Source of the DNA: Barthelona sp. PAP020
Taxonomy: Eukaryota
DNA: 20,000 nt
Assembly (NCBI GenBank): GCA_040182905.1
Contig: JARQWU010000022.1
Span: 56,047 to 76,046, forward strand
Reading direction: 5' to 3'
The notes below the pieces were generated by a model, which was not told the DNA's origin, did no database searches, and worked only from the letters and a program-made list of their open reading frames with translations. How positions within the stretch are numbered: the stretch's first letter is position 1; each line of letters opens with the position of its first letter. Of this stretch, positions 1-10,099 are shown one piece after another. A program made the position numbers and the translations under genes.

Positions 1-1
1 T

Positions 2-169
2 TTGGAATATAATAGCATAATTTTCATCAATTGTTGTGTTGTATGTGGTTTCAAAAAATTCTTTGGTTTTCTTCAATAATACAATTATATCTTCTTCATT
101 TCTTAAAACATTTGAATTATTTGATAAAAATGTACAATAATTGGTCAAAATTTCATCAAAATCAACCAT
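2..169 (-). CDS. 5' portion of a hypothetical protein running off the left edge (MVDFDEILTNYCTFLSNNSNVLRNEEDIIVLLKKTKEFFETTYNTTIDENYAIIFQ...)
   Basis: ATG at 169-167, then 56 open codons to the window edge in very AT-rich DNA. A T-tract precedes it on the minus strand, as for other starts here. Not in the ORF track because it is truncated. Confidence 0.6.
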   Translation of the reverse strand, partial: MVDFDEILTNYCTFLSNNSNVLRNEEDIIVLLKKTKEFFETTYNTTIDENYAIIFQ

Positions 170-327
170 GAAGAAACAAAAAAAAAGATATTCAACAAAG
201 GAAAAATAAAGAAAATTGATTTTTTTTACTATAACTCTAAAACAAACAAAAAATAAAAATTAAGTCACATAACTCAATAATAAATGACTAATATTAAAAT
301 ATAAAAGTATTGGGATTTAAAGGTCTT

Positions 328-660
328 TCAGGATTTGCAAACTTCAAAATTGGGTTCATTTTTGCGCTGAGTTTTCAAGCTGTCATCTTTATTTTCAAGT
401 TTTGAAGAATTTCGAATTCTATTTGTTGGAACAACAGAAAAACTTGTGTTCTTAACATTCGTATCAGTTATTTCTGCAATGGGTTCAATAAAACGTTTTT
501 TACGTTCAATATATTTGGAAGATTTTATTTTTTTAGACCCATTTTTGAAAGACTTGGAAATTCTTGATGCAACAGAATCTTTTTTTGGTGCGGTTTCTTT
601 CTCATATCTATCAACACATTGTTTTTTTTTTTGTTTGAAATTATCAAACAAAAAAGGCAT
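328..660 (-). CDS. Small Lys/Ser-rich hypothetical protein (110 aa)
   Basis: ATG-initiated ORF with hydrophilic, protein-like composition and an upstream T-tract; head-to-head with the TFIIB-like gene. No recognisable domain. Confidence 0.5.
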   Translation of the reverse strand: MPFLFDNFKQKKKQCVDRYEKETAPKKDSVASRISKSFKNGSKKIKSSKYIERKKRFIEPIAEITDTNVKNTSFSVVPTNRIRNSSKLENKDDSLKTQRKNEPNFEVCKS

Positions 661-794
661 AAGTTTTTTTTAAAAAAAAAAAGAAATAAATGTTGGTTTT
701 TTTTAACAATTTAAATTTGAATGTCATTCATTTATGCATACTTTAAAATATATATATTAATATTTGTGTAATAATTGAAACAAAAAAAAGATTG
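661..794. promoter_or_regulatory. Short putative bidirectional promoter between head-to-head ORFs
   Basis: 134-bp divergent gap with T/A tracts and a TATATATATTAA run near 749-760. Confidence 0.35.
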
Positions 795-2252
795 ATGAGT
801 CTATTAGTATGTTCCAGATGTTTTTCAACTGAGTTTAAACAAAATGTTGGCCATGATATGAACACATTTATATATGCATGTAACAATTGTAATTATCCTT
901 TGAACCAAATATATTTTTCTGAGATTACAAGTTTGACAAACGTTGAAATTAGACCCCAAATATTTCAAATGAGTATGGATACTCCAAATATTGATGTTGA
1001 AAATCGTCCAGTTGGTTGTTTTTTTTTGGGTGATGCTATACCTTCTCCAAATATTTTGAATTTAATGTATGAAGATGAATCTTGTGAACCTTTAGCTACT
1101 TTAAACGTACTTTCAGGCTTATTTGAAGTTGATGCCATGAATTTAAACAAAAAATATACTGATTTTCCTGACACAACTTTTTTATCTTCAATTTCGCCTA
1201 ATAAACAAAAAGTTGCTTTAGATTGTTGGTGTAGAATTTGTGACTTAATTTTTAGTTTGGATTTAACGGTTCATTTTGGAGAGTTAATTCTGAAAAGAAT
1301 TTTTGAAAATGGAGACATATCTTCAGAGATTATAACCAACAATATGGTTGCAACTGCTTGTATTTTAGTTGCAATTGATTGTCAAGAAACAATGAGCTTT
1401 GTGAATGGTTCATTGAATGAATATCTAACGAATTGTAGCATAAAGGATCTTGCCGATCTGGTTGAAATATTTTGTCCGTTTTTACAGGCCGAAAAGGAAA
1501 CAGTTTTAACATTTTTAAAGCACACTAATATTGAGGAATCTCAAGATAATCAATCAATGAACCTGTCTTCTTCTTCAAATCAAGACGATATTGAGCAAGA
1601 AAATTCAACAGAATTGGAAAGTAGTTTAATCAGTTCTCAACAAATTATAACTTTAACGTCCATTCAACAAGACATATTAAGATTGATTGAATCAACTTCA
1701 CAAACTTTGAGTATTCCTGAACACTTTTTAAACACTATTACTTTTATTGCAAACAAATTGAATGATGATTACAGTCATACGAGAAAAACTGCAGAAACAT
1801 ATGCCGCGACAGCCATATATATTGTTTGTTATTGTTCTGATTTAAGATTGGATAAAAAAAAAATCACGCAAAAGGATATTGCCAATGTTTTAAAGATAAG
1901 TGATTTAAGTTTGCGAAAAATGTTTGGGTTAATAAAAAATCGAGTTCCTGAATATTTGCCCGAATATTATAAACCAATAAAAATGTTTAAAAACAAAAAA
2001 AATTCAAAACCTGTGAATGGAACTCCAAATTTAGACACATTAACAAATGATTATCGTTCACCAACAGCTTATTATTTGAATTCAGACAATTCAAATATTA
2101 AATATCCCACATTCATATATTCAACACCAACAACATCTACATCACCAACAAGTCCCATTATTGTTGGTTCAATGAAAGATAAAAATAGACCAAATGTAAT
2201 TATTGGTGGTAGTACAAATTACTTTCCGCAAAATCCAAATATCAATTCGTAG
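795..2252 (+). CDS. Divergent TFIIB-family transcription factor (Zn ribbon plus two cyclin-fold repeats)
   Basis: N-terminal CSRC...CNNC zinc ribbon. Second repeat TRKTAETYAATAIYIVC...ITQKDIANVLKISDLSLRKMFGLI resembles TFIIB GRSPISVAAAAIYMAS...[23 protein letters not shown]. First repeat has MVATACILVAI. First ATG is at 795 (ORF track starts at TTG 792). Confidence 0.75.
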   Translation: MSLLVCSRCFSTEFKQNVGHDMNTFIYACNNCNYPLNQIYFSEITSLTNVEIRPQIFQMSMDTPNIDVENRPVGCFFLGDAIPSPNILNLMYEDESCEPLATLNVLSGLFEVDAMNLNKKYTDFPDTTFLSSISPNKQKVALDCWCRICDLIFSLDLTVHFGELILKRIFENGDISSEIITNNMVATACILVAIDCQETMSFVNGSLNEYLTNCSIKDLADLVEIFCPFLQAEKETVLTFLKHTNIEESQDNQSMNLSSSSNQDDIEQENSTELESSLISSQQIITLTSIQQDILRLIESTSQTLSIPEHFLNTITFIANKLNDDYSHTRKTAETYAATAIYIVCYCSDLRLDKKKITQKDIANVLKISDLSLRKMFGLIKNRVPEYLPEYYKPIKMFKNKKNSKPVNGTPNLDTLTNDYRSPTAYYLNSDNSNIKYPTFIYSTPTTSTSPTSPIIVGSMKDKNRPNVIIGGSTNYFPQNPNINS

Positions 2253-2492
2253 AGCATATAAAACACAATTTTTTTTTTACGTTGCCATGTTTGATCGTTG
2301 TTTGATCTTGTTGAAAACAATTGGCTTTTTTTTTTTTTGAAGAACAACACTCTGTAGTAAGTCATTATCATTTCGTATTACTTATCTATATAAATATTTG
2401 CATTCTAATGAATATTAAAAGATTGACATATGAATTTTTGGAGGATAAATAATTTTGACACACTTTTACTGTATCTTTGAATTTTTGTGGGA

Positions 2493-4061
2493 ATGAAATC
2501 TTCAAAAATTCACCAAAATCAAGAAAGTGAATATGTTAATAGTGTTTTATCGAAATTATTGAAGCTTCAACGAGCGAAAAGTATATTTGATGACAACGAT
2601 AATATCATACAATTAAAGAATAATAATATTAATAATTTTTCAAACAAACAAAATATTTATTTTGATGATTCGATTTATGATACTAATGATACTTCACCAA
2701 ATTTGAATGAAATGGCCACTGTTGATGGTAGTTATTTATTATCTGATGATTCAATAATAGGTTATAATTCAGAAAAGGTAAATTTCTGTGATAAAAATGT
2801 GAAAGTACCTTCCACTTTGATCAATACCAAAGAGTATCCGAACAGGACATTTTCTGGATGTTTACCAGTTGAAGATATGATAATAACAAACAATCAGATT
2901 CCATTTATTTTGCAACATAGTGAAACTATGAAAGATACGGAGGAAAAAATTGCATTCTTACAAACTACATTAAACAATATGTTTATTAGCAATATGAAAA
3001 TGATATCACGAAATGAAGACACACTATTTATTGATAAAAAGAATGACAATTATAATTATCATATGAACAATGGTTTGGAAGAAAAAGAAAATCAAAATCA
3101 AATTGATGAATATCATGAGTTATCAATTAAAGGCACTGATAAAAAAAATTTCTTTCAAATCGATTCATCCTCAGTTTTTGATTCAATAATTTACAAAGAA
3201 GACACAGAACCTTTAACATCTCCCGTTTCAGATTTTGAGGACTTTCAAGTTCAAACCAATGATTTTAAGAAGAATTTATTTTGCCCTGATGAAATATCAT
3301 CCAAAGCACAAAAATCCATTGATAAATATCGTTTGAGCAAGGAAAAGCGTTGCCTTGAGTTAAATGAGTCTGATATCAGTGGGATAGCTCCTTTTTGTAA
3401 ATTAAAGAATGAACCTTCGGTGGAAATGTCAAATGATGGGAATAATCATGAAAGTATGGATAGTTTTTGTGATGAACCAACTATAAAATTAATTGAAGAA
3501 TTTAGTAATGACAAGGAATCAATCGATTTTCTTATTAATATTCTGCAAAATCTAGTAATCATAAAAAAACCATCACAAAGAGCTTTTATAATGTCCTTTA
3601 TTAAACAATTGACCAATATTGTTGATAATTGTAAAAAGAATGATGCTAAGAAAGTCATTCAGCAAAAATATAACCATGTAGATATGAATGAAAAGACTGA
3701 CTGTAAATTGAACATAGATGACGTTATTATGGAAATATTTGAAGTGTTATCAAATGATATTTTCAGTAAATATAACATTTCAACATTAAATGCATCTGAA
3801 AAGTTTCTAATACACTCGTTAATATTAAAAAACTTTGAAAAAGTGTTTCAAGGAGAACAATTGCAATTTTTTAGCAAAGAATTATCAACAGTTTTAGATA
3901 ATTGGATTGGATTTCCTTTACCTATGAGAAAATCTCATTTTCTTTCATTCCTTGATGATTTAAGGGTTTTTTTTTCAAAATATTCGTGTAGTTTTGACAA
4001 AAATATTTACTCTCTCGCTCAATCCCCCGAGTATTTTGATAAAAAACATTCAAAAAAATGA
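2493..4061 (+). CDS. Hypothetical protein, N/D/S-rich low-complexity N-half and helical-looking C-terminal region
   Basis: Open frame of about 522 codons in AT-rich DNA; first ATG at 2493. No recognisable motif. Confidence 0.8.
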   Translation: MKSSKIHQNQESEYVNSVLSKLLKLQRAKSIFDDNDNIIQLKNNNINNFSNKQNIYFDDSIYDTNDTSPNLNEMATVDGSYLLSDDSIIGYNSEKVNFCDKNVKVPSTLINTKEYPNRTFSGCLPVEDMIITNNQIPFILQHSETMKDTEEKIAFLQTTLNNMFISNMKMISRNEDTLFIDKKNDNYNYHMNNGLEEKENQNQIDEYHELSIKGTDKKNFFQIDSSSVFDSIIYKEDTEPLTSPVSDFEDFQVQTNDFKKNLFCPDEISSKAQKSIDKYRLSKEKRCLELNESDISGIAPFCKLKNEPSVEMSNDGNNHESMDSFCDEPTIKLIEEFSNDKESIDFLINILQNLVIIKKPSQRAFIMSFIKQLTNIVDNCKKNDAKKVIQQKYNHVDMNEKTDCKLNIDDVIMEIFEVLSNDIFSKYNISTLNASEKFLIHSLILKNFEKVFQGEQLQFFSKELSTVLDNWIGFPLPMRKSHFLSFLDDLRVFFSKYSCSFDKNIYSLAQSPEYFDKKHSKK

Positions 4062-4493
4062 TAAAATGTGTTATGATGTGATGATTATTCTTTTACTAGA
4101 TGAAAACTTCATTATTGAAATATACTTTTTATTTCCACAAAAGTTATGCTTGATTTGAAATAATTTTGTTTTATTTTCTGATATATTATAGTCTTTGAAT
4201 ATAATTATGTAAAATATGGTGTAAAGAGATGGTTTACAATTTTTTTTTTCAAAAATTAATCAAATCACCAATCTTGGGGAATAACAACTCTTATGAAATG
4301 TATTGTGCTTTTGATATCTGTTTTATTAAAAATGCCAAATGATGTCATAAAAAATTCGTTTTTCAATGTTTTATTTCAAACAAACAAAAAGAAAGATCAA
4401 GAAAAAATGCAATATTCAAGACTATTAAATTGTATTTTGAGAAATAAATCAAAAACAAATAAAAATTTTTTTTTATCATTCTATTCTTTAGAA

Positions 4494-6620
4494 ATGAGTG
4501 GTTTATTTGGCAATGATGACAGTATTGAAATTGATGAAGGATGGAATTTTTTAGAACCACATTCAGTTGTTGAGTGGAGTGAAAATTCAATTGTTTTTCC
4601 ACCGATTTTACAATTTTCACAAAAAGGGCCTGAAGTGCAATCACAATTAGAAAAAAATCCAAACAGAGAAGATTTTTGGTTAAAATTGATAGATTTGGCC
4701 TCATTAAAAGATGGTTCTCCAATTCAAGAAATTGTTGAAAAATGTCTTTACAGATTTCCAATGAGATCAAAAATTTTTCACAAAGTAATTACCTGTTTGT
4801 GGAGCAGATCTTTGGATGATTATGATTCGTTAAAAGAATTATTTTTGCGTTACACTTTAATTTCACCAAACGCTGATGTTATTTTGAGGCTTATTGAATA
4901 TTATATTGGAACAAAATTACAAAACAATTTGAAGGATGTTGAAGAAGAATTGCATTTGCAAGGATTAGAAGATGAAGTTGATTCGATCAGTTTTATCGAA
5001 AGAAAGTTAAATGTTTATCAAAATTTACAAAAATTTGTGTTTTTTTTTGTGTCTATCATAAAACATGACTATTTGAACTTTGGTGAATTTTTGACTGGAC
5101 TCTTTTTGCTTTTGGACAGTTTAGAAATAGCAACTTCCAATGAGGAACTCGAAATTGAATTTTTCAAAAGGTTTAAGATACAAATTATTCTCATGGCTGT
5201 TGAACAGCCTTTTAGAAATTTTTCTAGTGTAATTAATGAATTAAAAAGTTCAATTTTACTAGATGAAAAGGATATGACAACTTTGCAACAATATGAAGAA
5301 AGAATGCATCAATATGGCGAAAGAATGGATGATTTTTATATTAAACTGTATTCCAGTAAGAGATATGAAGAGAGAAAGCAAAATTTTGATTTATTAATTG
5401 AATTTGAGTTGACAAATCCTGTTGAATTACGTAAAGAAGATTTTATCCGCCGAATTAGTTTGATTTTCAGGCTGGAATTGTCTCGAAATCCAGGTGATTT
5501 TTCGCTTTGGTTTGAATTTGCCAGACAATTTTTAAATCCTAATCTGGAAACCAGTGATTCATTTGAGACACAAAAAATTTTGATTGAAGCAATTAAGATC
5601 AATCCAAAGAACATCTTACTTTATCTTTATCTCGTTGAAATATTAAAACAACGAGAAATGTACAATGAATGCAGATATGTTTTTGAGTCCCTTTTGAAAT
5701 TAAATCCTGGAAACAAATATGCCAGTTGCAATTATTTAAGATTCACGTTTCAACATTCAAATAGCAGAGAATTATTAAAAACCTTTATGAAGTTGGTTGA
5801 AAATCACAAAACTTCAGATTTAATCTTGACATATGTTGATTTGATGAATGCTATCAATCCAGAACAATGCAGAAATATATTATTAAGATATTTGCCTGAT
5901 TATATCAATGATGAAATGTATTTAAATGCTTATTTAACCAGTCTAATGTTGTGTGAAAATGTTGAAGTTGCTAGATCTGGATTCCAAAAGGCATTACACT
6001 CAGATCCTAATGTTGATTCATCTTTTATTCGAATTAAAAACGCTTGGTTAGATTTTGAAAGAAATCGAGGTGATAGCAAGAGTAGAAGTCGTGTAGAATC
6101 GATGTTTCAGGATAAAGAATTGAGTGAATTGATCATGCTTAATAGGAGATTTGCAGTTGGTAATGATCATTTGATAGACCCCTTAAAAATCAAAGATTTA
6201 CCTTCATTAAGACCAGAAACAAGAGTTGAACAGGAATGGAGAAAAGATAGAACCTTGGATAAGATCAGCCCTTTTTGGAACAAATATTACTTCCCAAATA
6301 TTGATGCAAATTATACTAATTTATGGTTGAATTGTATCTTTGTTCCCAACAATGCATATAACGTGATGAAAATAAAGAATGATGATGCTACTCATGTTGT
6401 GTTACCAGAAGAACTGTTAAAATGGGTTAATACTCCCAGTTTAAAATCAAGAAACAAAATAACTCCTGATGATATTGTGAAATTTGAGATGGAAATGTTA
6501 CGTAGTTTCAATATTGGTCGAGTTCGACATTATGCTCCTGATGATCTCAAAAAAGAACCATCAGTAAAAGAAGAAACAAGAAGTTTGGATATCTTTCAAC
6601 TTAAACACATGGAATCTTGA
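4494..6620 (+). CDS. CSTF3: CstF-77 / Rna14 / Suppressor of forked HAT-repeat protein (mRNA 3'-end processing)
   Basis: HAT-repeat segments LEKNPNREDFWLKLI, LIEFELTNPVEL...RISLIF...LWFEFARQF, KNILLYLYL...CRYVFESLL and AWLDFERNRGD parallel CstF-77. ATG 4494 is preferred to 4293 because it follows the T-tract seen before other starts and the upstream 67 codons look intergenic. Confidence 0.75.
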   Translation: MSGLFGNDDSIEIDEGWNFLEPHSVVEWSENSIVFPPILQFSQKGPEVQSQLEKNPNREDFWLKLIDLASLKDGSPIQEIVEKCLYRFPMRSKIFHKVITCLWSRSLDDYDSLKELFLRYTLISPNADVILRLIEYYIGTKLQNNLKDVEEELHLQGLEDEVDSISFIERKLNVYQNLQKFVFFFVSIIKHDYLNFGEFLTGLFLLLDSLEIATSNEELEIEFFKRFKIQIILMAVEQPFRNFSSVINELKSSILLDEKDMTTLQQYEERMHQYGERMDDFYIKLYSSKRYEERKQNFDLLIEFELTNPVELRKEDFIRRISLIFRLELSRNPGDFSLWFEFARQFLNPNLETSDSFETQKILIEAIKINPKNILLYLYLVEILKQREMYNECRYVFESLLKLNPGNKYASCNYLRFTFQHSNSRELLKTFMKLVENHKTSDLILTYVDLMNAINPEQCRNILLRYLPDYINDEMYLNAYLTSLMLCENVEVARSGFQKALHSDPNVDSSFIRIKNAWLDFERNRGDSKSRSRVESMFQDKELSELIMLNRRFAVGNDHLIDPLKIKDLPSLRPETRVEQEWRKDRTLDKISPFWNKYYFPNIDANYTNLWLNCIFVPNNAYNVMKIKNDDATHVVLPEELLKWVNTPSLKSRNKITPDDIVKFEMEMLRSFNIGRVRHYAPDDLKKEPSVKEETRSLDIFQLKHMES

Positions 6621-7033
6621 TTTTTCTTTTTCTTTTTTCATACATGAATATTTGAATACATTTATAAATGAATTAAAAATGTGTTAAAGAGGGATCTTTT
6701 CAAAATATTAAACTTTGGTTGATTGAAAATAAATTTTTACAACTTTTTTATTCAGAAGATTTTGCAAAACTTCTGCTCGGAGCAAATCATTTTATCTGAT
6801 GAATTTTTTTAAAATAATGTTCTGTTACAATAACAAGGGAAATATAAAATTAATTCAGTCAAAAGATAATAAAAAGAGAACTGGGAATAAAAAGAGAAAA
6901 AAAAAAAATTTTGATTACAATTGTACCTTCAAAATAAAAGGATTAAGTCTTTATTGAAAATATTTCAGGTATTTCTATCAAAGAAAAAACATTCCCATTA
7001 TCTAAATTTTTTTTTTCTTTGACGAAAGTTTGA

Positions 7034-10000
7034 ATGGATTACATAACCAAGGATGAATACATCAAACAATATCCATTTGAATTAGATGAGTTTCAAAAGA
7101 AAGCAATTACACATATTCATCGGGATGAATCCGTTTTAGTCAGTGCTCATACATCTGCAGGAAAGACTGTATGTGCTGAATATGCCATTGCAAAGGCTTT
7201 CCTTAATAATCAAAGAGTTATTTATACTTGTCCTATTAAAGCCTTATCTAATGAAAAATATAATGATTTTAACAAGAATAAATTCCCAGGAAAAGTTGGA
7301 TTGATGACAGGTGACACAACAATTTCACCAAATGCGGAATGTTTAGTGATGACCACTGAAATTTTACGTTCCATGTTATATAATGGAAGTGAAATATTAC
7401 GAGAAGTGAAATGGGTTATTTTTGATGAAGTGCACTATTTATGTGATTCTGAACGTGGTGTTGTTTGGGAAGAAACAATTATTCTATTGCCAGAACAAGT
7501 AAGATTTGTGTTTTTATCTGCTACGGTTCCAAATTCTGAAGAATTTGCGGATTGGGTTTCTTATGTACATAAGCATCCATGTTATGTATGTTATACAGAT
7601 TATAGACCTGTACCATTAGAATTTTTTTTATTCCCAGAAGGTTCTGAAGAAATTACAAAGGTTTACACACAAAAAGAAGGCTTTATGGAAGATCAATTTC
7701 AAAAAGCGCTTGCTCGATTACAATTTCGTAATGAAGACACTGAGCGCATGGTTAAACAAAAATATGGAATTCAAAATACCGATTTAGTTCGTTTAGCAGA
7801 GATGTTACATGAAAAAGATTGGTTACCTGTTTTGATTTTTTGTTTTAGCAAACGTGAGTGCAAATTGAATTTGGAATCTTTTAAAAATTTGAATTTTAAT
7901 CGTATTGAAGAAGCAGGAGCTGTACAAGCTGTTTTTGAAGCTGCACAAAATACTTTGGAAGAAGATGATAAAGCTTTACCACAACTTGAACAAATGTTAT
8001 ATTTTTTAAAACGTGGAATTGCCATGCATCATAGTGGATTATTACCTGTTGTTAAAGAGTTAGTTGAATTATTATTTTCAGAAGGGTTAGTGAAATGTTT
8101 GTTTGCCACTGAAACCTTTGCTATGGGATTGAATATGCCTGCAAGAACTGTTGTTTTTTCGAGTTTAAGAAAGTTTGATGGGGTAGCTTTTAGATATCTA
8201 CAGAGTGGAGAATTTATTCAATGTGCAGGAAGAGCAGGAAGACGTGGTCAGGATGAGCGTGGAAATGTTATTTTATCAGTATCAAGCAAAATGGAACCTA
8301 GCGATGCCAAAGGAATTATGTTGGGAAAAGCTAACACTTTAATTTCTTCTTTTAGATTAATGTTTAATCAAATATTAACGAATCTGCGCATAGCAGATGT
8401 TGATATTAGCACTGAAAATTTAATTCAGAAGAGTTTTTTGGCATTTCAAAATCTTAGCAGAGAAGAGTTATTAACTGAAAAAATTCAAGAGGTTGAAAAC
8501 ATGATAAATGCTTTGGATGTTTATTTCAATGAGAATGAAAAAAATACTTTAGTAAAAGACATTCGATTATATGTTATGTTTCAAAGATATTCAAATTTGC
8601 TGAAAGATCAATTGTTGGCTGAATTTATTAAAGTTAATAACTTATCAAAATATTTAACTGTTGGTAAAATAGTTTGTTTATCAAAGAAAAAATTCCATTT
8701 TCCCGGTCAGTATTCAGATCCTTGTTCCATTGATTTCACCATTGATTCATTATATTGTCCGGAAAAAAAATGGATATTGCCTCATAGCAAACAACAAAAG
8801 GTCACAATGATTGAAGAACTCTTGAAAAGAAATGTTGAATCAAAGGAAGAGATGGAAAGTAATGTTGAATTGTGGAAAAAGTCCATACCTTCATTTTTTG
8901 ATCAAGAAACATCAAATCAGGATTTGTTTTGGGGTTATGTTTCAAGGGTACGAAGAGTTTCAAAGGGGTCGAAAGATAAGGATGATGCTTTGGCAATTGG
9001 TGGCATGTTTTTTGTTGAAATTGATGTTCCTTGTCAATTTAGTAATGAACCTTTAACACATGCTCAACGGAAAAATCCTAACTTAATGATTACTGTTACT
9101 TTGGATGCAAATACAATAAATTGCATATCTTCTTTACCTGCATGTACTTCAATGCATAATGTTGGTTCGAAAAATAAAATAACAACTGATATATTGAATT
9201 CGTTTGTGTTTAAACAGGTAATTCAGAAGAATGACAAGGTTAGACCTTTTTATTGGAATGGGATTTCATGTTTGCATCCCATTGATAATTTACATTTTGA
9301 ATCCGAAATATTCGAAAATATTTCAAACAATTTCTTAACTTTACAAGGAGAGATATGCAATAAACAAAAACGCATCTTGGAAAGTGATGATGTTTCAACA
9401 AAAATTTTTGTTCTAAAACAAATTGAAATGGAAAAACACTTTAAATTGTTGACAAAATTGATCAAAGAGAACAGATCTAAACAATTAGAGATAGAGTTAA
9501 CACAAAGAATGAAAATCCTAAAGAGATTGGAGTATGTCGATGTTCTTAACAATATCTCATTAAAAGGTAGTGTTGCTGCAAGAATATCTACTGCAGATGA
9601 ATTGATTGTTACCGAATTACTCTTTTCAGGTGTTTTAAACAATCTGGAGATTAATGAAATTGTGGCATTGTTAGGATGTTTGGTATATCAAGAACGTGTG
9701 AAAGATACAGTGACTTTACCACAATCTTTGGTTGAACCGTTTGAAGAATTGGAAAATATTGCAAAAAGAGTCATAACTGAGTATCATGAATGTGGTTTAG
9801 AGATGGATGTTGATTCAATTTTAAAAGATATCAATCAAGCTGCTAATATCATTCCTGTGTTGATGTTATGGGCGGACGGAAAGACGTTTGCTGAAGCTAT
9901 GGATGAAGGATGTCGTGGAATGTTTGAAGGTTCAGTAATCAGATGTATTCGTAGGTTAGAAGAATTGTTGAGACAATTATGTGATGCTTCTATTGTGTTA

Positions 10001-10099
10001 GGCGCAACAGATATGTTAAGAAAGTTTTCTGCGGCCAGAGACAGTATCAGGCGTGGTATACCTTTTGCACCATCTTTATATGTTGGAAGTAAGAAATAA
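7034..10099 (+). CDS. MTR4: MTR4/Dob1 Ski2-like DExH RNA helicase (exosome/TRAMP cofactor)
   Basis: AHTSAGKT, PIKALSNEK, DEVH, FLSAT, HHSGLLP, TETFAMGLNMPART, GRAGRRG and C-terminal DSHCT ending FAPSLY. HKHPCYVCYTDYRPVPL matches MTR4 rather than SKI2. Confidence 0.93.
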   Translation: MDYITKDEYIKQYPFELDEFQKKAITHIHRDESVLVSAHTSAGKTVCAEYAIAKAFLNNQRVIYTCPIKALSNEKYNDFNKNKFPGKVGLMTGDTTISPNAECLVMTTEILRSMLYNGSEILREVKWVIFDEVHYLCDSERGVVWEETIILLPEQVRFVFLSATVPNSEEFADWVSYVHKHPCYVCYTDYRPVPLEFFLFPEGSEEITKVYTQKEGFMEDQFQKALARLQFRNEDTERMVKQKYGIQNTDLVRLAEMLHEKDWLPVLIFCFSKRECKLNLESFKNLNFNRIEEAGAVQAVFEAAQNTLEEDDKALPQLEQMLYFLKRGIAMHHSGLLPVVKELVELLFSEGLVKCLFATETFAMGLNMPARTVVFSSLRKFDGVAFRYLQSGEFIQCAGRAGRRGQDERGNVILSVSSKMEPSDAKGIMLGKANTLISSFRLMFNQILTNLRIADVDISTENLIQKSFLAFQNLSREELLTEKIQEVENMINALDVYFNENEKNTLVKDIRLYVMFQRYSNLLKDQLLAEFIKVNNLSKYLTVGKIVCLSKKKFHFPGQYSDPCSIDFTIDSLYCPEKKWILPHSKQQKVTMIEELLKRNVESKEEMESNVELWKKSIPSFFDQETSNQDLFWGYVSRVRRVSKGSKDKDDALAIGGMFFVEIDVPCQFSNEPLTHAQRKNPNLMITVTLDANTINCISSLPACTSMHNVGSKNKITTDILNSFVFKQVIQKNDKVRPFYWNGISCLHPIDNLHFESEIFENISNNFLTLQGEICNKQKRILESDDVSTKIFVLKQIEMEKHFKLLTKLIKENRSKQLEIELTQRMKILKRLEYVDVLNNISLKGSVAARISTADELIVTELLFSGVLNNLEINEIVALLGCLVYQERVKDTVTLPQSLVEPFEELENIAKRVITEYHECGLEMDVDSILKDINQAANIIPVLMLWADGKTFAEAMDEGCRGMFEGSVIRCIRRLEELLRQLCDASIVLGATDMLRKFSAARDSIRRGIPFAPSLYVGSKK

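Noticed and set aside
4078..4181. C/D snoRNA-like GTGATGA ... CTGA
   Set aside because: No terminal stem and only A/T-run sequence where a guide should be; likely 3' UTR.
4293..4493. 67-codon N-terminal extension of the CstF-77 ORF
   Set aside because: Made of A/T homopolymer runs typical of intergenic DNA; ATG 4494 has the typical start context.
6663..6669. TATAAAT as a polyadenylation signal (also at 2389 and 18844)
   Set aside because: Too likely by chance in such AT-rich DNA, and the distances from stop codons vary; needs 3'-end data.
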